This document shows positions 55,020 to 61,947 of a stretch of DNA of 64,000 bases, piece after piece. The notes under the pieces were generated by a model, which was not told where the DNA came from, ran no database searches, and saw only the letters and a program-made list of their open reading frames with translations. The stretch is from an uncultured Candidatus Saccharibacteria bacterium (GTDB lineage: Bacteria > Patescibacteriota > Saccharimonadia > Saccharimonadales > 2-12-FULL-41-12): the NCBI GenBank assembly GCA_964648105.1, contig CAZYMH010000002.1, positions 54,101 through 118,100 of the forward strand, given 5' to 3'. Numbering within the stretch: position 1 is the first letter of the stretch; every line of letters begins with the position of its first letter. Both the position numbers and the translations under genes were made by a program.

Positions 55020-55532
55020 ATGTTCAATAATAAGTCTGACAACCAAAGTCAAAGCCCCAAAACAGATATGGATCAAGTGGCAAATGATATAAATGAGAGT
55101 AGTCCTCAAATTGGCCTTGGCACTAATCCAACCACCTTTAACCCTGTCATGCCTGCTCAACCAAGCGAAACTCCAAGTTTGCCGTCTCAAGACGACAACA
55201 ATGATAACGGTCTAGAAGAAGATAGTCCTGCTAGCCAACCTTCTTTGACCATCCCGACTGCCAATTCTGGAGTTAACCTAGATCAATTAAAAGATATCAA
55301 AACTCAAGCCTTAAACCAGCTTTCGCCACTGGTTAGTCAGCTCGATCAATCACCTGAAGAAAGATACAAAACCATCATGATGCTTATTCAAGCTTCCGAT
55401 AATCACGAATTAATCAAAGAAGCCTACCAAGCTGCCAATCAAATAACAGATGAGAAATCTAAAGCCGAAGCTTTATTGGCGATCGTCAACGAGATTAATT
55501 ATTTTTCTCAGCACCACAGCCAAGATCAATAA
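55020..55532 (+). CDS. hypothetical protein (low-complexity N-half, helical C-half)
   Basis: I chose the ATG at 55020 because AAAGGAG lies 4-5 nt upstream. The ORF-track start at 55002 lacks an SD. Confidence 0.5.
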   Translation: MFNNKSDNQSQSPKTDMDQVANDINESSPQIGLGTNPTTFNPVMPAQPSETPSLPSQDDNNDNGLEEDSPASQPSLTIPTANSGVNLDQLKDIKTQALNQLSPLVSQLDQSPEERYKTIMMLIQASDNHELIKEAYQAANQITDEKSKAEALLAIVNEINYFSQHHSQDQ

Positions 55533-55555
55533 ATTACTTAAGTTGTAAGCTAGTT

Positions 55556-56038
55556 CTAGTGACCTTCGTCGCCAGTATGTGGCAGCGGAGTAGCTGGCTC
55601 GTCACCTAGTGCAGGTGAAGCATTGCCACTAGTTGTCGTTGTAGATGAAGTTGAACCAGTGCTAGAATTTGATGAACCAGTCGAACTGCCTGTCGAAGTG
55701 GAAGAATTATTAGAACTTGTGCCATTATTAGCATTAGACGAACTATTACCGTTAGCTGATTTGTTACTATCAGATGTATTATTGTCTTGATTATTGCTAC
55801 TCGCAGCTTTTTTGTCATCGATTATCGCGGTTGGAGTTTTATTTTTGCCACTTAATTTTTGGTAAGCCCACCTGCCACCCAAAAACAAAGCAAAACCAGC
55901 TATTAATGTTACTACCAAAGCCACCAAACCTAACATTAAGGCTACACCAGTACGCTCGCGTCGCTGGGCTTTGTAATAATCATTGACCTCTTCGGGCAAA
56001 ACAGCTCTCTGAGTTGGGTTACGCTTAAATAATGCCAT
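55556..56038 (-). CDS. N-terminally anchored Ser/Asn/Thr-rich surface protein ending in LPHTG
   Basis: TM helix VALMLGLVALVVTLIAGFALFLGG, an ~80-aa S/N/T/G low-complexity stalk, and the C-terminus ..EPATPLPHTGDEGH. An AAGGAG SD is present. Confidence 0.6.
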   Translation of the reverse strand: MALFKRNPTQRAVLPEEVNDYYKAQRRERTGVALMLGLVALVVTLIAGFALFLGGRWAYQKLSGKNKTPTAIIDDKKAASSNNQDNNTSDSNKSANGNSSSNANNGTSSNNSSTSTGSSTGSSNSSTGSTSSTTTTSGNASPALGDEPATPLPHTGDEGH

Positions 56039-56100
56039 ATAAACTCCTTTATTAACAGTATTGTACTACATATTTAGTGTTTATGCAAGTGTTTATAAAC

Positions 56101-56134
56101 AAATAAAAACCGCCCAAGCTATGTTGAGCGGTTT
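56101..56134 (-). terminator. rho-independent terminator after groEL
   Basis: On the minus strand, AAACCGCTCAA-loop-TTGGGCGGTTT (10 bp with one mismatch) is followed by TTATTTG. It lies 20 nt after the groEL stop. Confidence 0.7.
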
Positions 56135-56153
56135 ATAACCAATCGTAGCTTGA

Positions 56154-57794
56154 TTACATCATACCCATGCCAGACATATCTGGTCCTGCAACAGCTGATT
56201 TTGGTTCAGGCACATCAACTACTAAAGCTCCCATGGTCATAGAAGTGCCAGCAATACTAACAGCGTTAGCTACCGCTTGGCGAGTCACTCTAACAGGGTC
56301 AATTACTCCACTTTGCTTCAAGTCGACCAACTTTTCTGGAGCGTTAACATTTACACCTTGACCTGGCTTAGCTTCGCGAACTTTTGGTAACCATTCATCG
56401 GCATTTAAACCTGAGTTTGACATCAATATTCTAAACGGCTGTTCAAGAGCATTTTTTAAGATCTGCTTACCAATTGCTTCCGAGCTAGAATCATCAACTT
56501 TAATTTTGTTAGCCAAACTCACCAAAGTCACACCACCACCTGGCACAATTCCTTCTTCAATCGCTGCTTTAACAGCTGCTACCGCATCGTCTACACGGAA
56601 CTTTTTCTCCTCTATCTCAGTTTCAGTTGTACCACCAACTTTAATAACAGCAACTTTACCAGATAAAGCGGCTTTTCGTTCATTTAAGCTATCGCGGTCA
56701 TAGCTAGAGCTAGCACTGGCAGCTTGAGCAGCAATTTGCTTGAGGCGAGCTTCCACTTCGCTCGATTTTCCAGCACCTTCGATGATTGTAGTTGTGTCTT
56801 TGCCAACTATCACTTTACGAGCCGAGCCAAAAACCGACTCGTCAACACTATCGAATGCCATGCCTTGATCTTCGCTAATTACTTGTCCACCAGTCAAAAT
56901 CGCCATATCGGCCAAAATCTCTTTGCGTTTGTCGCCAAAGCTCGGTGCCTTGACGGTAACTACATTCAAAACACCTTTTAGTTTATTAAGTACTAGTGTG
57001 CCTAAAGCTTCGCCTTCGACATCTTCGGCCACCACGAAAACATCTTTCTTACCAACTTGGGCCAATTTTTCCAAAACAGGCAAAAACTCTTGAATCGAAC
57101 TGATTTTTTTATCAGTTATAACAATTGCTGGCTTGTCTAGCACCGCTTCCATGCGTGTAGCATCAGTCACCATATATGGGCTGATAAAACCGCGGTCCAT
57201 GGTAAAGCCCTCGACTACTTCACTCTCTAGTCCCAGTCCTTGGCCTTGCTCAACGGTCACAACGCCGTCTTTACCGACTTTGTCGATAACATCGGCAATT
57301 AACTCGCCAATTTCAGAGTCACTAGCCGAGATTGTAGCCACTTCGGCGACTCGTTTTTTGTTAGACTTAATATCTTCGGACATTTTATTTAGTTCACGGG
57401 TTACATCTTCGCTGGCTTTCTCTAGACCTTTTCGAAGTAACATTGGGTTGTGTCCAGCGGCAATTAGTTTGTTAGCTTCATTTAAGATATGGTAGGTCAA
57501 AACCGTAACAGTAGTCGTACCATCCCCCGCATTATCATTCATTTTGTTGGCAGCTTGTTTAATTAGCTCAGCACCTACTTTGTAACCTAACGTTTCGTCA
57601 TCGACATCAGCAATTTCGACACCTTTAGCCACTGTTACACCATCATGAGTAACAGTTGGACTCCCATAACTCTTGCTTATCACTACGTTGCGACCTTTGG
57701 GGCCCATGGTTGTTTTGACGGCGTTATACAAAATCTCTGCCCCTGCCAAAACTCGCCGACGAGCATCTTCATCATAAAATACTTTTTTACTCAC
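56154..57794 (-). CDS. groL: chaperonin GroEL
   Basis: 546 aa with AGDGTTTVTVL and a GMGMM C-terminus. It has a GTG start and an AAGGAG SD. Confidence 0.97.
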   Translation of the reverse strand: MSKKVFYDEDARRRVLAGAEILYNAVKTTMGPKGRNVVISKSYGSPTVTHDGVTVAKGVEIADVDDETLGYKVGAELIKQAANKMNDNAGDGTTTVTVLTYHILNEANKLIAAGHNPMLLRKGLEKASEDVTRELNKMSEDIKSNKKRVAEVATISASDSEIGELIADVIDKVGKDGVVTVEQGQGLGLESEVVEGFTMDRGFISPYMVTDATRMEAVLDKPAIVITDKKISSIQEFLPVLEKLAQVGKKDVFVVAEDVEGEALGTLVLNKLKGVLNVVTVKAPSFGDKRKEILADMAILTGGQVISEDQGMAFDSVDESVFGSARKVIVGKDTTTIIEGAGKSSEVEARLKQIAAQAASASSSYDRDSLNERKAALSGKVAVIKVGGTTETEIEEKKFRVDDAVAAVKAAIEEGIVPGGGVTLVSLANKIKVDDSSSEAIGKQILKNALEQPFRILMSNSGLNADEWLPKVREAKPGQGVNVNAPEKLVDLKQSGVIDPVRVTRQAVANAVSIAGTSMTMGALVVDVPEPKSAVAGPDMSGMGMM

Positions 57795-57816
57795 CTTTAA
57801 AACTCCTTATTAATTC

Positions 57817-58086
57817 TTATTTATTAACTGTTGCCAAAACATCTTCTTGGCGAACCAAAATGTACTCAACACCACCAATTTTTACTTCGGTAGTTGAGTA
57901 ACTCTTATAAATAATTTTATTGCCAACTTTGATTTCCTTGACAGTCGGTCCTGTGGCGACTACTTCGGCTGTTTTTGGTTTTTCGGTAGCATTTTCTGGC
58001 AAATAAAAGCCGCTGGCTGTTTTGCTGCTAGCTTTTTCGGCGACAGCCACTACATAATCTGCCAAAGGTTTAATTGGTACTGACAT
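57817..58086 (-). CDS. groS: co-chaperonin GroES
   Basis: 89 aa with IKPLADYVVAV, a mobile-loop-like KTASGFYLPE, and a GAAGGAGG SD. Confidence 0.9.
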   Translation of the reverse strand: MSVPIKPLADYVVAVAEKASSKTASGFYLPENATEKPKTAEVVATGPTVKEIKVGNKIIYKSYSTTEVKIGGVEYILVRQEDVLATVNK

Positions 58087-58219
58087 ATTTCCTCCTTCAA
58101 AATAAAAGTTTAATTAAAATATAATAATCAAAGAGTTAGCACACTAGCACTTTCTCGCAAGAAGAGTAAATTTAAACCATTTTTAGGAGGTTTAAGACTA
58201 CATCTTAAGCACTAATGCA

Positions 58220-58246
58220 CTAGCACTCACTATACCCGAGTGCCAA
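58220..58246 (-). promoter_or_regulatory. CIRCE (HrcA operator) inverted repeat
   Basis: CTAGCACTC-N9-GAGTGCCAA matches 16 of 18 positions of the consensus TTAGCACTC-N9-GAGTGCTAA. Confidence 0.8.
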
Positions 58247-58258
58247 CTTAGCTGTCAA
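58229..58258 (-). promoter_or_regulatory. groES-groEL promoter overlapping CIRCE
   Basis: Minus strand reads TTGACA (58258-58253), an 18-nt spacer, then TATAGT (58234-58229). The -10 lies inside the CIRCE spacer. Confidence 0.6.
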
Positions 58259-58296
58259 TATTTTTATTTTTTTATAAAATGTTGTATAATTTATAT

Positions 58297-58578
58297 ATGA
58301 CAGATTCCAGCAATCCAGAAATACTACCAACTCAAGTCCTTGATAGCTTTACGCTACGTTTTTTTACTTTGTCTATGTTAGATACTCAAGCCAATTTGTA
58401 CAAAAAATGGCAAGAGGATGTCACTACCTTGCAGGCCGAGCGTAATTTACTACCTCTTTGTAATAGCCAAAAAATCAGTGCTATCAACCACGAAATCGAC
58501 CGCAAAACTGCCGAGATGAACTCGCAAACAACTTTTTGTCTTAAAGTTTTAGGTGCTATTCCAATCAGTGAGTATTGA
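58297..58578 (+). CDS. hypothetical small protein (93 aa)
   Basis: I chose the ATG at 58297 because TATAAT (58285-58290) ends 6 nt upstream. The ORF-track start at 58279 precedes that box. I recognise no family. Confidence 0.4.
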   Translation: MTDSSNPEILPTQVLDSFTLRFFTLSMLDTQANLYKKWQEDVTTLQAERNLLPLCNSQKISAINHEIDRKTAEMNSQTTFCLKVLGAIPISEY

Positions 58579-58603
58579 CAAATTAGCAATTATTTGTTAA
58601 TAT
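58575..58603 (+). promoter_or_regulatory. candidate promoter for the 132-aa gene
   Basis: TTGACA, a 17-nt spacer, then TAATAT, followed by a 37-nt leader carrying an AAAAAGGA SD. Confidence 0.55.
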
Positions 58604-58640
58604 AGGGTCATCAAATCAAAAATAAAAAAGGATAAATTAA

Positions 58641-59039
58641 ATGACAAATAACGAATCCCCGAGTTTGGGCCTACCAGACGAACAACAAATTAACGCAATG
58701 ACTCAACCACAAGTCGAAGCTGAGCTAGATGAAGTAGCCAAAGACTCAGAATTTCTGGAGAGCCTAAAGCAATCGGACCCAGAAGCTTATGCTATGGCTA
58801 ACGATGGTCTTGAGCAGCAGTTAGGCCTTTTGGCTACCCGAGAGTCTACCCTAACAACTGATGCCGAAGTATCTGACACCGAAGCTAGACAAGCTAAATT
58901 GGCCGAAATCCGTAGAGATTTAGCCGAACCTCAACGAGTTACCTTTGATGTGAATGGTATAAGATCAACATTATCAGAAGTACGAGCAGAAAACCAAGCC
59001 ATCGCCAGCGGGGCCGTCGATAAACCAAGTCGCTACTAG
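58641..59039 (+). CDS. hypothetical acidic helical protein (132 aa)
   Basis: An intact ORF with a promoter and an SD. I recognise no family. Confidence 0.5.
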   Translation: MTNNESPSLGLPDEQQINAMTQPQVEAELDEVAKDSEFLESLKQSDPEAYAMANDGLEQQLGLLATRESTLTTDAEVSDTEARQAKLAEIRRDLAEPQRVTFDVNGIRSTLSEVRAENQAIASGAVDKPSRY

Positions 59040-59085
59040 TTCTCCTAGTTACTCAATAAATTTTAGAAACTTTTATCTAAGAGCT

Positions 59086-60375
59086 TTATTTCCTTAAATT
59101 TTTTAGCTCAGTAGTGGCAATTTGGCGTTCGTCCCATGGCATTTTTTGGCCAGCAATATTACGGTAATTCTCGTGACCGATACCTGTTAAAAGCACAGTG
59201 TCGCCTGCTTTGGCCTCTTTAAAAGCTAGTTTAATAGCCGCTAAACGATCGTCAATCACTTTAGTCTTAGACTCAGCTTTGACATTTTTTATGCCTTGGT
59301 AGACGGCTAAACGAATTGATTCTGGGTCTTCGGTATAAGTTTCGTCATCAGTTAAATAAATTTTATCGGCTAATTTGCCGACAACCTCGCCCATAGCTGC
59401 CCGTTTAGTTTTATCGCGGTCACCTGTCGCCCCAAAGACGATGGCTAATTTGCCATCAGTTAGCGGTCGCAATGTTTGTAGAGCATTATCGAGAGCATCT
59501 GGTGTGTAGGCAAAATCGACTAGTACGCTAAAATCTTGGCCCTCATCGATTTGCTCCATGCGGCCAGGCACAGCTATTAAATCAGCTATGCCTTTTTGAA
59601 TATCTGCCATGTTTATGCCTAGTTGACGACCAACAGCTATGGCGGCAAGCGAGTTATAGATATTGAATTTACCAAGTAAAGCAGTCTGAAATTGATATGT
59701 TTTATCATCGACTACCACCGTGAAATCTGAGCCACTAGACGATGCTTTGTAATCTGTTAATTTGATGGTTGAGCCGCCAGCTTGACCATAGCCAATAACA
59801 GGGGCGTCGGCCGACTCTTCAAAAAATCCGTACCAGTCATCATCGCTGTTAAGAATCGCGTAGTCAGGCCTGTACTCATTAGTAAACAGCCGTGATTTAG
59901 CCTGAGCATACCGCTCCATGGTGCCATGATAATCAAGGTGGTCTTGGGTTAAATTGGTCATTACCGCCAGCTTAACTTTGGGCATGGCAATCCGACGCTG
60001 ATCAAGAGCATGAGAAGTAATCTCCATAATCACATAATCCACACCTGACTTATAAGCTTTGGCGAAAAATTGTTGGACCGATTTTTGTCCAGCAATTGTC
60101 ATGTGTGTATGGTTAGCCACTCTGTGGCCGTCAATCTCAAAGTAGGCTGTGGTATAAATTGCCGTTTTGTAGCCAGCGGCCTTTAGAACACTGTTGATAT
60201 AACTACAGGTTGTTGTTTTGCCATTGGTGCCAGTAACAGCGATAATTTGTAGTTTTTTGGCAGGATAACCATAGTAAATTTGCCAAAATTTAGCTCGTGT
60301 AGCTCGGTACGACTTCTCAGCTACCTTAGTAGCTGCTCTTGGAGCGACTTTACGAACGATTTTTTTGGCATTCAT
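59086..60375 (-). CDS. Mur ligase family protein, MurE-like (short N-terminus)
   Basis: VTGTNGKTTT P-loop, MEITSHALDQ, GKFNIYNSLAAIAVG, VDFAYTPDAL and LTDDETYTEDPESI (compare the MurE motif DNPR.EDP). Only about 45 aa precede the P-loop. It is not in a dcw cluster. Confidence 0.65.
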   Translation of the reverse strand: MNAKKIVRKVAPRAATKVAEKSYRATRAKFWQIYYGYPAKKLQIIAVTGTNGKTTTCSYINSVLKAAGYKTAIYTTAYFEIDGHRVANHTHMTIAGQKSVQQFFAKAYKSGVDYVIMEITSHALDQRRIAMPKVKLAVMTNLTQDHLDYHGTMERYAQAKSRLFTNEYRPDYAILNSDDDWYGFFEESADAPVIGYGQAGGSTIKLTDYKASSSGSDFTVVVDDKTYQFQTALLGKFNIYNSLAAIAVGRQLGINMADIQKGIADLIAVPGRMEQIDEGQDFSVLVDFAYTPDALDNALQTLRPLTDGKLAIVFGATGDRDKTKRAAMGEVVGKLADKIYLTDDETYTEDPESIRLAVYQGIKNVKAESKTKVIDDRLAAIKLAFKEAKAGDTVLLTGIGHENYRNIAGQKMPWDERQIATTELKNLRK

Positions 60376-60432
60376 GTAATAATTTTACACTGATTTTTGC
60401 TTTTAGAGGTAAATTAAGTTTAGTATAGGGTA

Positions 60433-61521
60433 ATGATAGTGCTAGGCATTGAATCAAGTTGTGACGAGACGGCGGTAGCGATAATCGAGCAAAACAACGG
60501 CCAAATAAATATGTTGGCCAATGTTGTGGCTACCAGTCTTGATAAGCATGCAATTTATGGCGGGGTCGTGCCAGAGGTGGCGGCCCGAAGTCATATCGAG
60601 TACATGAACCCGAGTTTAAGTGAAGCTTTTGCAGTCGCCTTCCCTACTTTAATTAGCCGAGAGGCCTGGCATAAGATCGACGCGGTCGCGGTAACCGAAG
60701 GACCAGGCCTTGGCGGTAGTTTATTAGTCGGTGTCACTACGGCTCGAACGCTAGCTATTACCCAGAACAAACCCCTCTACGCCATAAATCATGTGCATGC
60801 CCACCCATTTGCCGCCTTTATAACAGATACAGCTTTAAATAACTACAACTTACCTTCATCACCACCCGAGTTCCCGATGTTAGCCTTGATTGTCAGTGGT
60901 GGACACACACAATTAGTGATGTTTGAGAGTGCATTTGAATACTCTGTTTTAGGTAGAACTACTGATGATGCAATTGGCGAAGCATTTGATAAAATCGCCA
61001 AAATTATTGGCCTACCCTACCCTGGTGGCCCGAGCGTGTCTAAAGCAGCCTTATCTGGCGATCCCAATAAGTACGCCTTCCCTTCCCCAAAAAGCCAAAA
61101 CCCCTACGATTTTAGCTATTCTGGACTCAAAACAGCCGTTTTAAGGACTGCTCAGCAACTAATCGGCGAAGATCACCGCTTCCCGTCACGTGACATCAAA
61201 AATCGTCTATCTGAAAGTCAAGTACATGATATAGCTGCTTGTTTCCAAAAAACAGCCATTAATATTGTTGTAGACAAAACAATGAGAGCCTATTACGAAT
61301 TTTCGCCAAAATCAGTGGTCGTAGCTGGTGGTGTCGCCGCCAATCAAGAACTGCGTAAGCAACTACAGTCTCAACTCGACATTCAACCCTTCTATCCAGA
61401 TATCAAACTATGTACCGATAACGGGGCTATGATTGCATGCTTAGCTGTTTTCAAAATTGATCAAAAGCAAGCTCCTACCGACCCCAAAACGCTAGAAATC
61501 AAGCCTAGTTTATCTATGTAA
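60433..61521 (+). CDS. tsaD: tRNA N6-adenosine threonylcarbamoyltransferase
   Basis: MIVLGIESSCDETAVAI, INHVHAH and LIVSGGHTQL match the Kae1/TsaD pattern. Confidence 0.9.
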   Translation: MIVLGIESSCDETAVAIIEQNNGQINMLANVVATSLDKHAIYGGVVPEVAARSHIEYMNPSLSEAFAVAFPTLISREAWHKIDAVAVTEGPGLGGSLLVGVTTARTLAITQNKPLYAINHVHAHPFAAFITDTALNNYNLPSSPPEFPMLALIVSGGHTQLVMFESAFEYSVLGRTTDDAIGEAFDKIAKIIGLPYPGGPSVSKAALSGDPNKYAFPSPKSQNPYDFSYSGLKTAVLRTAQQLIGEDHRFPSRDIKNRLSESQVHDIAACFQKTAINIVVDKTMRAYYEFSPKSVVVAGGVAANQELRKQLQSQLDIQPFYPDIKLCTDNGAMIACLAVFKIDQKQAPTDPKTLEIKPSLSM

Positions 61522-61589
61522 ATTGAGTATTTTAATCATTGGGAATCTATCTAAATGTTGTTATATTTACTATATTAAACATAAGCTGG

Positions 61590-61618
61590 TTGACAAGCTA
61601 GCTCGCCTCTCTTATAGT
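61590..61618 (+). promoter_or_regulatory. near-consensus promoter in the tsaD-valS spacer
   Basis: TTGACA (61590-61595), a 17-nt spacer, then TATAGT (61613-61618), about 330 nt upstream of valS. Confidence 0.5.
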
Positions 61619-61845
61619 ACTAATTACAAAAATAAAAACCTCAAACAAAACCGAGTTAAAGCTATTTAAATTTGAGCTTACTGAACCGCAAGCTTAAGTT
61701 TAAGTTGGCTTTTTTTCATGTGAAAAACAGAGTGGCTTTATCACCTTCCCTTTCCTCTTTGTTTTTTGTGAGTAATAATGCTCGATGTATCTTCAAAATT
61801 ATTAAGTTTCTAAACATTATTCAACAGAGGTGATATAATTTGACC

Positions 61846-61902
61846 ATGACCAAGTTGATGATAAGTAGTCGTGAGAGTTTAGTCGTGCCTTTGGCACTAT
61901 AA
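61846..61902 (+). other. candidate leaderless 18-codon upstream ORF (MTKLMISSRESLVVPLAL) in the valS leader
   Basis: TGaTATAAT (61831-61839) ends 6 nt before its ATG. The ORF runs through the hairpin GTGCC-TTT-GGCAC (61885-61897) and stops at TAA 61900-61902. Confidence 0.2.
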
Positions 61903-61947
61903 TTTTTATTCGACAATTATCTATTAACTAATTTGAACTAAATCATT

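Noticed and set aside
59086-60375. MurT (lipid II isoglutamine amidotransferase subunit) instead of MurE
   Set aside because: The short basic N-terminus before GTNGKTTT resembles MurT. However, the protein lacks the MurT Cys4 ribbon and has MurE-like motifs (FNIYN, DFAYTPDAL, DDETYTEDP), and no gatD-like gene is adjacent. I kept it as MurE-like with moderate confidence.
61522-61947. T-box riboswitch upstream of valS
   Set aside because: I looked for the conserved T-box sequence (..GGGTGGTACCGCG..), an AGAGA/GA-motif Stem I and a GUN specifier loop, and found none. The nearest candidate, AGAGTGGCTTTATCACC, does not fit. A covariance-model scan would be the definitive test.
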